Below, piece by piece: positions 9,216 through 17,516 of a DNA stretch of 64,000 nucleotides (its first letter is position 1; each line of letters begins with the position of its first letter). The stretch comes from Actinomycetota bacterium. Its GTDB lineage: Bacteria; Actinomycetota; Acidimicrobiia; Acidimicrobiales; JAJPHE01. The notes under the pieces were generated by a model. It saw only the letters and a program-made list of their open reading frames with translations, was not told the origin of the DNA and ran no database searches. The translations under genes were made by a program, and so were the position numbers. Location of the stretch: the NCBI GenBank assembly GCA_021325435.1, contig JAJPHE010000160.1, positions 10,202 through 74,201 of the forward strand. Direction: 5' to 3'.

Positions 9216-10493
9216 TCAAGCCGGACCGCCCACGATGGCGCCGGCGGCGGCCAGGTCGCGCCGGAGGGCGGAGACGTCGAGTCCCCTCGCCGCCACTCCG
9301 GCGGAAGCGGCCCGGGCGGCGGCGGCGCCGGCCGCCTCCCCGGTGGCCATGGCGGCCGGAATCTCCTTGGTCGCCTGGTGCACGTAACGGGTGGTCGAGA
9401 TGCACCGGCCGGCGACCAGCAAGTTGTCGGCCACGGCCGTGGTCAGGCACCGGTAGGGGATGTCGAACACCACCTGGCGACGGGTCCAGTGCCCGGTGCG
9501 GGCCACGGCATCGGGGAAGCGCAGGTCGGCGTCCTCCTTGCGCAGGACGTAGTCGCCGACCAACCGGCGGCTCTCGGTGATGCCCAGCATTCGGGCGTAG
9601 TCGTCCAACCACGCATCGGCGAATCCGGGGACGTCGCCCCGCAGCGACTCGAAGGCGGCCCGGGCCCCGGCCCGGCAGGCGAGCTCGGCGCGGGTCATGT
9701 CATCCGGATCGCACGGGTCGACCCGCTCGGCGGCCGGACCCCACGGAACCAGCACCCTTCCCTTTCCGGTGGTGACGAACCACGACCGCCCCGCTTCGGC
9801 TTCCTGCACGTCCACCCCTCCGGCCCGGAACCACAGGTGGGGTGGTATGGGCACCAGCTCGAAGTCGGCGCCGGCCGAGGCCATGACGTCGCCATCGCCG
9901 GTGGTGTCCACGACGATGTGCGGGACGACCGCCTCGCGACCACGCTTGGACTCGAGCAGAACGGCGTCGATCCTGCCTTCGGCCGTCACCGCCCTGGCGC
10001 AGTGCGTGTGCAGTCGCAGCTTGACCCCGGCGTCGGACAGCGCCTCGTAGGCGGCGTCGACGAAGGCCTCGGGGTCGTAGGCGACCGAGTAACGAACGGA
10101 CTCCGGCGCGCCCCACACCAGGCCCCACCGCCGCCAGCGGTCGACCACCTCCGGCTCCTCTGAGGCCCACTCGGACCGCGGCGGGTAGTGGGCCTGCCCC
10201 CGGGCGTCGAGGCGGTCCACGAACTCCTGGCAGATACCGGCGACCACCTGGCTGCCGTCCCCGTCGTCCAGGGTGAGCAGGAGATTGATCAGCCCGACGG
10301 TCGCCAGTCCGCCGGCGATCCCCGAGCGCTCCACCAGCCACGTGTCAGCGCCTCGCCGGGCGGACGCCAGGGCGGCAGCGATGCCGGCGCAGCCCGCCCC
10401 GACGACCACCACGTCCGGTCGGCCGGCCACCGGAACGTCACGGGCCGGCTCGGTCCAGGTGTCCATCAGCGGATTCTGCATCGGATCGTCCAT
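9216..10493 (-). CDS. FAD-dependent oxidoreductase (FAD_oxidored-like family)
   Basis: Dinucleotide-binding fold DVVVVGAGCAGIAAALASARRGADTWLVERSGIAGG. C-terminal GRCISTT...HQATKEIPAAMATGEAAG. Probably co-transcribed with the downstream MFS gene. Confidence 0.8.
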   Translation of the reverse strand: MDDPMQNPLMDTWTEPARDVPVAGRPDVVVVGAGCAGIAAALASARRGADTWLVERSGIAGGLATVGLINLLLTLDDGDGSQVVAGICQEFVDRLDARGQAHYPPRSEWASEEPEVVDRWRRWGLVWGAPESVRYSVAYDPEAFVDAAYEALSDAGVKLRLHTHCARAVTAEGRIDAVLLESKRGREAVVPHIVVDTTGDGDVMASAGADFELVPIPPHLWFRAGGVDVQEAEAGRSWFVTTGKGRVLVPWGPAAERVDPCDPDDMTRAELACRAGARAAFESLRGDVPGFADAWLDDYARMLGITESRRLVGDYVLRKEDADLRFPDAVARTGHWTRRQVVFDIPYRCLTTAVADNLLVAGRCISTTRYVHQATKEIPAAMATGEAAGAAAARAASAGVAARGLDVSALRRDLAAAGAIVGGPA

Positions 10494-10498
10494 CGATC

Positions 10499-10514
10499 GG
10501 ACCGGCGACGGTCC
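10499..10514. promoter_or_regulatory. 6-4-6 palindrome GGACCG-GCGA-CGGTCC between divergent genes
   Basis: Read directly. It lies in the 71-nt gap between the FAD oxidoreductase (-) and the ABM gene (+). Confidence 0.2.
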
Positions 10515-10564
10515 CTTGGTAGCGTGCGATCCCCGGTGCCCGCCGGGAGGACGAGGGAGGCGCG

Positions 10565-10915
10565 GTGGCCGCGGAGAAGGTTGGGGTGGCGGCGAGGCTG
10601 GTGGCCAAGCCGGAGCGGAGGGGCGAGCTGGTGGAAGCGCTCCGCGGTCTGGTGGAGGCCGCTCGCGAGGAGGCCGGCACCGAGCTCTATCTCCTGCACG
10701 AGGCCGCCGGCGACGACGACACGGTCTGGGTCTACGAGCTGTACGCCGACCAGGACGCTCTGTCCGCCCACAGCTCGAGTGAGGCGATGAAGGTGGTCGG
10801 AGCCCGTCTCGCTGACATCCTGGCCGGTCCTCCGGAGCTGATCCTGCTGCGACCGGTGGACGCCAAGGGCGCCCGGCTGCAAATAGCCGGCGCTTCCGGT
10901 CACCCTCCGGGTTGA
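10565..10915 (+). CDS. antibiotic-biosynthesis-monooxygenase (ABM) domain protein
   Basis: About 100-aa ferredoxin-like pattern: VAARLVAKPERRGELVEAL...EAGTELYLLHE...VWVYELYADQDALSAHSSSEAM. Confidence 0.7.
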   Translation: MAAEKVGVAARLVAKPERRGELVEALRGLVEAAREEAGTELYLLHEAAGDDDTVWVYELYADQDALSAHSSSEAMKVVGARLADILAGPPELILLRPVDAKGARLQIAGASGHPPG

Positions 10916-11047
10916 CCAGCTCAGAGGGGCCCTTGACCGGGGCCGGACCAGCCCGTTCGGGGCATGTCCGTTGCGAGAGGTCTTCGACCTATCGCGGCTT
11001 GCAACCGATTTATCAAGCCTGTCCCAGCGCCGTCCGAGAGACCGGCG

Positions 11048-11653
11048 ATGGGCAAGTCGCAACCACCCGACGAGCATTTCGAAGCCCTGATCGAGGCCGC
11101 TCGGGCGGCCGAGCCTTGGGCGGTCGGCGAGCTGTGGCGCCGGTACCAGCCCCGACTGCGGGGCTACATCGGCACCCTCGAGCCGGGCGCGGCCGACGAC
11201 ATCTGCTCCGAGACGTGGATCTCGGTCGGGCGGTCGCTTCCGCGCTTCCGGGGAGCCGAGCCTGACTTCCGGTCGTGGTTGTTCACCATCGCCCACCGCC
11301 GACTGTGCGACCACCGTCGCCGGACGGGTAGGAGCCAGATCCTTCTCGCCGCGGCCGGCGACTCGGACGGTGCCGAGCCGGTCTGCAGTGCCGAGAGCGA
11401 CGCCCTGGAGCGCGAGGGAACCCGTCGTGCGCTAGCCCTGATTGCCGCCCTTCCGCCCGACCAGGCCCAGGTGGTGTTGTTGCGCACCCTCGCCGGTTTG
11501 GACTCCGACCGAGTGGCCGCCGTCGTCGGCAAGCGACCGGGCACGGTGCGGGTGCTTGCCCACCGCGGTTTGCGCAACCTGGCCAAGCGCCTCGACGGCG
11601 CCCGCCTTTCCATGCCCGCCGACGAGCCGGCCGCCCGGCGGCCCGGGGCGTAA
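11048..11653 (+). CDS. ECF-type sigma-70 family RNA polymerase sigma factor
   Basis: Region 2 (DDICSETWISVGRSLPRFRG...FRSWLFTIAHRRLCDHRRR) and region 4 (LPPDQAQVVLLRTLAGLDSDRVAAVVGKRPGTVRVLAHRGLRNL). Start set at ATG 11048. Confidence 0.85.
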   Translation: MGKSQPPDEHFEALIEAARAAEPWAVGELWRRYQPRLRGYIGTLEPGAADDICSETWISVGRSLPRFRGAEPDFRSWLFTIAHRRLCDHRRRTGRSQILLAAAGDSDGAEPVCSAESDALEREGTRRALALIAALPPDQAQVVLLRTLAGLDSDRVAAVVGKRPGTVRVLAHRGLRNLAKRLDGARLSMPADEPAARRPGA

Positions 11654-11683
11654 CGCCTCCGCACTGGCGACCGATAGCTGGCC

Positions 11684-12637
11684 GTGATTCGCAGAGAGCG
11701 CACCACCGGGGTGTACGACCCGTTCGACATCGACGGGCCGACCCTCGAGCGTCTGCTCTCCGGGAATCTGCACCCCGAGGACGCTCCCCCCGCCTTCGCC
11801 GCGGTGGCCGAATGCCTCGGGCTGGCGAGGGCGTCGTCGATCTCCGCTCCCCGCGGGGAAGCGGAGGCGGTGGCTGCTCTTGTCTCTTCCATCCATCGCC
11901 ATCCTCATCGCAACCGTCGGAGGAGCATCGTGATCGCCAAAATCGCCACCGCAAAACTCACCGCGCTCACCGCCGCCGGGGTCCTCTCCGCCGGCGGAGT
12001 CGCGGCCGCCGCCACCGGGTCCCTTCCGGCTCCGGTGCAGGACGCCGTCTCGTCGGTCGCCTCCGACGTCGGGGTTCCCGTTCCCAGCTCTTCGACCTCG
12101 ACGTCCACGCCGACAGACTCGACCGACGGCTCGACCACCACTGCGACTTCAGGCTCCGGCACCTCGTCCACCACCGGCACGCCGAGCACCGGTTCCACCG
12201 GCACCAGCGGCACCGGCACCACCACGAGCGGCGGCACATCCGGCTCGACCACCAGCACGTCCGGCTCGACCACCGGCACATCGGGCTCGACTTCGCCCAC
12301 GAGCGGCTCCGCCTCCGGAAGCACTTCGGGCTCGGCACCGGCGCCGTCGTCGGGCACCACGGCCAGCACCGGAACCTCGCCGACCGCCAGCACCTGCCCC
12401 TCCGGGTTCAAGAACCACGGGGCCTACGTGTCGAGCGTGGCCCACAGCGCGCCGAAGGGCCCGGGGCACGGCCAGGCTGTGTCGCAGGCCGCCCACTGCA
12501 CCTCGGGCGCCTCGCCCTCCGGCACGGGCTGGAACGCCCAGCCGGCCCCGTCGAGCGGGACGACCAGCGGTAGCGGGTCGACCGGCTCCAGCAGCGGTTC
12601 GAGCACCGGCTCCACCACCTCTGGGTCCGGTGACTGA
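11684..12637 (+). CDS. single-pass membrane protein with a Ser/Thr/Gly-rich ectodomain; candidate anti-sigma partner
   Basis: It starts 30 nt downstream of the ECF sigma stop. One TM helix (AKLTALTAAGVLSAGGVAAAA). About 130 aa of S/T/G low complexity. C-terminal Cys-flanked module CPSGFKNHGAYVSSVAHS...GHGQAVSQAAHC. No HxxxCxxC zinc anti-sigma motif. Confidence 0.55.
   Translation: MIRRERTTGVYDPFDIDGPTLERLLSGNLHPEDAPPAFAAVAECLGLARASSISAPRGEAEAVAALVSSIHRHPHRNRRRSIVIAKIATAKLTALTAAGVLSAGGVAAAATGSLPAPVQDAVSSVASDVGVPVPSSSTSTSTPTDSTDGSTTTATSGSGTSSTTGTPSTGSTGTSGTGTTTSGGTSGSTTSTSGSTTGTSGSTSPTSGSASGSTSGSAPAPSSGTTASTGTSPTASTCPSGFKNHGAYVSSVAHSAPKGPGHGQAVSQAAHCTSGASPSGTGWNAQPAPSSGTTSGSGSTGSSSGSSTGSTTSGSGD
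12236..12298 (+). repeat. imperfect 21-nt tandem repeat (about 3 units) inside the S/T/G-rich coding region
   Basis: acatccggctcgaccaccagc / acgtccggctcgaccaccggc / acatcgggctcgacttcgccc, encoding TSGSTTS-TSGSTTG-TSGSTSP. Confidence 0.6.
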
Positions 12638-12664
12638 GGCCTGACCTGGCAGCGGCAGGGCGAC

Positions 12665-12708
12665 GGCCGGGGCCTCTCCCATCCCCAGCGGGAGATTCGG
12701 CCCCGGCC
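12665..12708. terminator. bidirectional terminator-like hairpin between convergent genes
   Basis: GGCCGGGGCC TCTCCC ...loop... GGGAGA ttc GGCCCCGGCC, a 10-bp outer and 6-bp inner stem. It lies between the stops at 12637 (+) and 12717 (-). Confidence 0.5.
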
Positions 12709-12716
12709 GCTTCGCG

Positions 12717-13373
12717 TCAGCCCGAGGCCGCCGACTCGGCGGGCGGCCTCGGGCGGGCCACCGCCACCCGTTCCGGATCGGGTACCGGCGCGGCGACGAG
12801 GAGGTGGAGCGGGCTGCGCTCGACACGAACGGCCAACCAGCGCAGCACCGGCATTCCGAGCGGGCGCAGGGCGGCCGCCACCGCCCCGCCGAGCAACAGC
12901 CCGGCGATCACGTCACCGGGGTAGTGCACTCCGGCGTACACCCGGGCCAAGGCGAGGATCAGTCCGACCGCCAGGGCGAGCAGACCCATGCCGAGGTCGG
13001 AGAACAACAGCCCGACGATCACCCCGCCGGCGGCGGTGGCGTGGTCGCTGGTGAACGAGTAGTCGTGGGCGCAGGTGACGAGCGGGTGCACGTTGGCCAA
13101 GGCGTGACACGGACGGGCCCGGGCAGCGGCGTGGGAGATCGGCTGGTTGACGCCGACGGCCACGACGGCCGCCACCGGGGCCCAGGCGGCCGAGGCGACC
13201 GCTGATGGAGGGTTCGTCCCTCGGCGCCCCCGCAGCCACGCTCCGGCCACGCAGGCCGCCAGCAGCGCGAGGCCGATGTAGACCGCGTAGAGCTTCATGA
13301 ACTCGTGCAGCCACCCGGTGTGGGCGGCGAACCGGTTCACGTCGCGGAACAGGCGGGCGTCGAGACTGCGCAA
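12717..13373 (-). CDS. PAP2-family phosphatase (phosphatidic acid / undecaprenyl-PP phosphatase superfamily)
   Basis: PAP2 motifs SFTSDHA and RVYAGVHYPGDVIAG, with several TM helices. Start assigned to TTG 13373, preceded by AGGGGAGGG. The longer track ORF runs antisense into the SDR gene. Confidence 0.75.
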   Translation of the reverse strand: MRSLDARLFRDVNRFAAHTGWLHEFMKLYAVYIGLALLAACVAGAWLRGRRGTNPPSAVASAAWAPVAAVVAVGVNQPISHAAARARPCHALANVHPLVTCAHDYSFTSDHATAAGGVIVGLLFSDLGMGLLALAVGLILALARVYAGVHYPGDVIAGLLLGGAVAAALRPLGMPVLRWLAVRVERSPLHLLVAAPVPDPERVAVARPRPPAESAASG

Positions 13374-13469
13374 CTGGGTCCCTCCCCTGAGTGGCTCGGA
13401 AGAGACTAGGGCCGGACGGGCCAGGACCGATCCGCCGTTAGGCTCCGGACACCGAATCGGGAGGTCTGC

Positions 13470-14291
13470 ATGGCCGACTCCAAGGTCGCCCTCACCACCG
13501 GTGCCAACTCGGGTATCGGGCTCGCCACCGTCCTGGAGCTGGCCCGCCGCGGCTTTCGGTCGGTCGGCTCGGTGCGCGGGGAGGCCAAGGCCGAGGCGGT
13601 GGCCAAGGCGGCCGCCGACGCCGGCGTCCAGGTCGAGACTGTCCTGCTCGACGTGACCGACCCCGAGGGATGCGCCGAAGTCGTCGATCGTCTGCGCCCC
13701 GCCGTCGTGGTGAACAACGCCGGCTATTCCGCCACGGGCGCCATCGAGGACGTGGACGACGAAGAAGCTCGTCAGGCCTTCGAGACGATGGTGCTGGCGC
13801 CCATGCGGATGGCCCGCCTGGCCCTGCCCCACATGAGGCAGGGCGGGGGCGGCCGCATAGTCAACGTGTCGTCCATCTACGGCATCGCCACCACGCCGTT
13901 GACCGGCTGGTACCAGGCGTGCAAGCACGCTCTCGAGGCGCTCTCGGACGCCCTCCGGGCCGAGGCGGCCGGGTCAGGCGTCAAGGTGGTCCTGGTGGAG
14001 CCGGGGGGGTTCCGCACGGGCATCTGGGAGGAAGCCGAGCGCGAGGTCCAGCGCCGGGCCGGGTCGCGCTACGAACCCGGTTACCGCCGCATCCTGACCG
14101 GCACCCGCCTGGCTCAGCCGGTGATGGGAGAACCGGCCCAGGTCGCCCGGGTGATCGGCCGGGCGGCCACGGCCCGCCTGCCCCGGGCCCGCTACCTCGT
14201 CGGCTACGACGCCCAGGCCCTCGCCGTGGTCCAGCGGTTGACGCCCACCGCCGTCAAGGACCGGGTCTCGCGCCTCGTGCTCGGGCTCTAG
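13470..14291 (+). CDS. short-chain dehydrogenase/reductase (SDR)
   Basis: TGANSGIG cofactor motif, NNAG, and catalytic YQACKHAL (YxxxK). SD GGGAGG lies upstream of the ATG. Confidence 0.9.
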   Translation: MADSKVALTTGANSGIGLATVLELARRGFRSVGSVRGEAKAEAVAKAAADAGVQVETVLLDVTDPEGCAEVVDRLRPAVVVNNAGYSATGAIEDVDDEEARQAFETMVLAPMRMARLALPHMRQGGGGRIVNVSSIYGIATTPLTGWYQACKHALEALSDALRAEAAGSGVKVVLVEPGGFRTGIWEEAEREVQRRAGSRYEPGYRRILTGTRLAQPVMGEPAQVARVIGRAATARLPRARYLVGYDAQALAVVQRLTPTAVKDRVSRLVLGL

Positions 14292-14294
14292 GAG

Positions 14295-15263
14295 GTGGGG
14301 GCGCGCATCGGCCTCGTGCTCGGGGCGGGCGGCGTGGTGGGCCACGCCTTCCATGCCGGAGTGCTGTCGACGCTGGCCGAGGAGGTCGGCTTCGATCCCC
14401 GCCGGGCCGAGCTGATCGTCGGCACCTCGGCCGGCTCGAGCGTTGCCGCCCTGCTCCGGGCGGGGGTGTCGGCGTCCGACCTGGCCGCCCGGGCCATGGG
14501 CCGACCGCTGTCCGCCGAGGGTGCCCGGGTGCTGGGCCAGGCCGGGTCCACCTCGTCGGCCCGCATCTCCGACCTGCCTCAGCCCCGCCGCTTTCGCATC
14601 GGGTTGGCTTCGCCCGGGCTTCTCGCCCGGACGGTCACCCGACCGTGGGAGGCCCGGCTGGGCACCCTGGCCGCCGCCGTGCTGCCGGCCGGGCCGGTCC
14701 CGACCGACGTCGTCAGCTCCTGGCTCGGCCCGATCTTCGGTGACCGATGGCCGCCGGGGATGTGGGTCTGCGCCGTCGACCTGGCCGACGGCCGGCGGGT
14801 GGTGTTCGGCGGGCCCCGGTCGCCCGCGGCCAGGGTCGCCGAGGCGGTGGCGGCGTCGTGTGCCATCCCCGGGTTCTTCTCGCCCGTGTCCATCGGCGGC
14901 CGGCGTTACGTCGACGGAGGCGCCCACTCGCCCACCAACGCCGATCTGATGGCGGGGGAGGGCTTCGACCTGGTGGTCGTCAGCTCTCCCATGTCGGCAG
15001 CCCGGCCCCTGGGCGGCGGGCTCGGCCTGGCCGGGCGTCGGTTAGCCCGGATGGCCCTGGGAACCGAGGTGGCGGCGGTGCGGCGCGGGGGCACGCCGGT
15101 CCTGGCGTTCCAACCGACGGCGGAGGACCGGGCGGTGATGGGGGTCAACGCCATGGACCCCGGGCGCCGCCACGGCGTCACCGTCCAGGCCCGGACGTCG
15201 ACCCGGCGTCGCCTGGCCCGGGCCGACCTCGCCGACCGCCTCGACATCCTGGCCCAGGCCTGA
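14295..15263 (+). CDS. patatin-like phospholipase
   Basis: Oxyanion GAGGVVGHAFHAG, nucleophile elbow GTSAGS and catalytic YVDGG. GGAGG lies upstream of GTG 14295. Confidence 0.85.
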   Translation: MGARIGLVLGAGGVVGHAFHAGVLSTLAEEVGFDPRRAELIVGTSAGSSVAALLRAGVSASDLAARAMGRPLSAEGARVLGQAGSTSSARISDLPQPRRFRIGLASPGLLARTVTRPWEARLGTLAAAVLPAGPVPTDVVSSWLGPIFGDRWPPGMWVCAVDLADGRRVVFGGPRSPAARVAEAVAASCAIPGFFSPVSIGGRRYVDGGAHSPTNADLMAGEGFDLVVVSSPMSAARPLGGGLGLAGRRLARMALGTEVAAVRRGGTPVLAFQPTAEDRAVMGVNAMDPGRRHGVTVQARTSTRRRLARADLADRLDILAQA

Positions 15264-15281
15264 GGGCCGCGATCGAGCCGG

Positions 15282-15926
15282 TCAGACCCTCTCGGACTCG
15301 GCCGCCTCAGCCGGGCGTCGCCACCACCGCAGCCCGGCCCAGGCAAGGCCCACCACCACGAGAACGGCGATCACGTAGGTAGCCGGCTGGAAACCGTGGG
15401 ACACGCCCCGCCAGTGCGAGGCCAACGCGTACCCGGTCAGCGCCAGGCCGAAGTCCCACGCCAGGCAGCCCGGCACGGTGAACAGGGTGAACCGCCAGAA
15501 CGGCATCTCGGCCACCCCCGCCGGGAGGCTGATGAACGTCCGCACGATCGGTATCACCCGCCCGAATAGCACCGCCGGCTCCCCCCGACGGCGGAACCAC
15601 CCCTCGGCCCGGTCGAGCTCATGGGCCCGCACCCTCACCAACCGGCCCCAGCGCTCGATGAGGGGACGTCCGCCGGCCCGGCCCACCCAGTAGGCGATCC
15701 ACGACCCCACGACGTTGCCGGCGGCGCCGAGAAGGCCCACGATCCCCACCTCGAGGTGACGGTGGGAATGGGCCACGCCCGACAGCAACGCCCCGCTCGA
15801 CAACGCCCCGCCGAACAGCATGATCGCCTCGGAGGGGATCGGGATGCAGGCCGATTCGGCGATCATCAGGACGAACACGGCGAGGTAGCCGTAGCTCAGG
15901 ATGTTGCTGGTTACGAAGTGCTCCAA
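15282..15926 (-). CDS. DedA/SNARE-associated family membrane protein
   Basis: YLAVFVLMIAESACIPIPSEAIMLFGG is the DedA signature. Start is TTG (caa 15924-15926). Confidence 0.85.
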   Translation of the reverse strand: MEHFVTSNILSYGYLAVFVLMIAESACIPIPSEAIMLFGGALSSGALLSGVAHSHRHLEVGIVGLLGAAGNVVGSWIAYWVGRAGGRPLIERWGRLVRVRAHELDRAEGWFRRRGEPAVLFGRVIPIVRTFISLPAGVAEMPFWRFTLFTVPGCLAWDFGLALTGYALASHWRGVSHGFQPATYVIAVLVVVGLAWAGLRWWRRPAEAAESERV

Positions 15927-16180
15927 GGGGCCTCCGCCGGAGATCGAAGGGGGATGACACTACGGGAGCGTCCGGTACGATGGCGGGAGCACACCTGAGT
16001 GGTGTCTGAGAGCCGGCCTGCGGGCCCGACCCCGAGGAGGTGACACGGGTGCGAAGAGGTGAACCCCCGAGTAGTCCCCACGCGCCCCGGCCCTCCTGGG
16101 AGCTGGCCTGACGTACTGACCGGTCGCCCGCCCTGGGAGGGAAGCAACAACCACCCACGATCCAGGAAGCGGAGGCTCCC
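15927..16180 (+). promoter_or_regulatory. 254-nt untranslated leader with a long-range helix that covers the downstream SD; unclassified
   Basis: 15927-15937 (GGGGCCTCCGC) can pair with 16169-16179 (GCGGAGGCTCC) for 11 bp including one G-U. The 3' arm contains the GGAGG located 5 nt before ATG 16181. A local hairpin sits at 15991-16005. Confidence 0.3.
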
Positions 16181-17509
16181 ATGTCACGTCGCCCTGGCCT
16201 CCCGGCGCCCCGTTTGAGGGCGCGTCGCACGGAGAGGCTCCTTGCCACCAGGCAGGTCCGCGAAGCCATCGTCTCTCTGGCCGGCCTGATGGGCCGGCCG
16301 GTGGTCAACCAGGGCGGCGCCGAGATCGGCCGCCTGCACGACATCGTCGTGCGCTGGTCCGACGACGAGCTGTACCCACCGGTCACCGGTCTCGTCGTGC
16401 GCGTCGGACGTCGCCTGGCCTTCGTGGACGCCGGCGCCATCGAGCGCTTCACCCACGGAGACGTGTGCCTGCGATCATCCCGACTGGACCTGCGCGACTA
16501 CCAGCGCCGGCCCGGGGAGGTGCTGATCGCCAAGGACCTGCTCGACCACCAGCTCGTCGACGTGGACGGGGTGCAGGTCGTTCGGGCCTCGGATCTCTAC
16601 CTGGCCAACGTCAGGGGGCGGCTCCGCCTCGTCGGTGTCGACGTCAGCGTCAACTCGCTGGTGCGCCGGCTCGGGCCGGCCCGGTGGCGGACCCGGCCGA
16701 CGCCCGGCCGGGTCATCGACTGGGCCGCCATCCAGCCGTTCGGCGACGGAACCAACCTGGTCCGCCTGCGCACCTCCCACGAGGGACTCCACCGGCTCCG
16801 CCCCGGCGAGCTGGCCGACCTGTTGGAGGACCTCGGGCGGCCCGCCCGCCAGGAGCTGCTGGCCCACCTGGACCCCGAGCAGGCTGCGGACGCCCTCGAG
16901 GAGATGGACCCCGAAGAGCTCGAGGCCCTCCTGCGCGAGGCCCCGCCGGAGCAGGCCGCCGAGCTGGTGGCCTCGATGGAGCCGGACGAGGCGGTGGATG
17001 CGCTGCGTGACCTCGGCGAGGCCGAGCGCGAGGAGCTGCTGGCCAACATGCCCGCTGATGTGGCCGACCAGCTGACCGAGCTGCTCGATTATCCGGCCGA
17101 CAGCGCCGGGGGGATCATGACGACGATCGTCGTCACGGCCGGGTTGGACGAGAACGTGGACAGCGTCTGCCAAAGGTTGCGCGACGTGCGTGAGCATCGC
17201 GGCGACCTCGACGCCGTCGCCGTCGTGGACCCCGAGGGCCGTTTCCTCGGGGACCTTCCCCTCTACGATCTGGCGGTGGCCGACCGTCTCACCCCTGTCG
17301 CCGAGCTCCTCGTCGACACCACGCCGGTGACGGTGAAGCCCGACGCGCCGCTGCGCGACGTGGCCGCTCATCTGGTCGAGGCCCGTCAGCTGTCGATCGT
17401 GGTGGTCGACGACGAGGGACGGCCCCAGGGCCGAATCCTCGCCGACGACATGGTCGACGCTCTGCTGCCCGAGCGCGGCCGGTTGCACTTCCCGAGGCTG
17501 CTCCAGTGA
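16181..17509 (+). CDS. soluble PRC-barrel x2 / MgtE N-terminal domain / CBS-pair protein with no transporter domain
   Basis: PRC-like segments (GRPVVNQGGAEIGRLHDIVV; LLDHQLVDVDGVQVVRASDLYL). Acidic helical MgtE_N repeats (LHRLRPGELADLLEDL...DALEEMDPEELEALL...ELVASMEPDEAVDAL...LLANMPADVADQL). CBS pair (GGIMTT...). No TM segments. Confidence 0.8.
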   Translation: MSRRPGLPAPRLRARRTERLLATRQVREAIVSLAGLMGRPVVNQGGAEIGRLHDIVVRWSDDELYPPVTGLVVRVGRRLAFVDAGAIERFTHGDVCLRSSRLDLRDYQRRPGEVLIAKDLLDHQLVDVDGVQVVRASDLYLANVRGRLRLVGVDVSVNSLVRRLGPARWRTRPTPGRVIDWAAIQPFGDGTNLVRLRTSHEGLHRLRPGELADLLEDLGRPARQELLAHLDPEQAADALEEMDPEELEALLREAPPEQAAELVASMEPDEAVDALRDLGEAEREELLANMPADVADQLTELLDYPADSAGGIMTTIVVTAGLDENVDSVCQRLRDVREHRGDLDAVAVVDPEGRFLGDLPLYDLAVADRLTPVAELLVDTTPVTVKPDAPLRDVAAHLVEARQLSIVVVDDEGRPQGRILADDMVDALLPERGRLHFPRLLQ

Positions 17510-17516
17510 GCGTGCC

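Noticed and set aside
14295-15263. Patatin phospholipase as a CBASS-type defence effector, possibly linked to the cyclase at 57149
   Set aside because: There is no CD-NTase or other defence gene nearby. The only cyclase is class III, lies 42 kb away, and sits in a different operon. The neighbours are lipid-metabolic.
15927-16180. Assignment of the leader to a known riboswitch class (M-box, yybP-ykoY, TPP, cobalamin)
   Set aside because: Only short fragments resemble conserved cores (GAGUAG at about 16069, CUGAGA...ACCC at about 16006-16033). The surrounding consensus elements I remember are missing. It is left unclassified.
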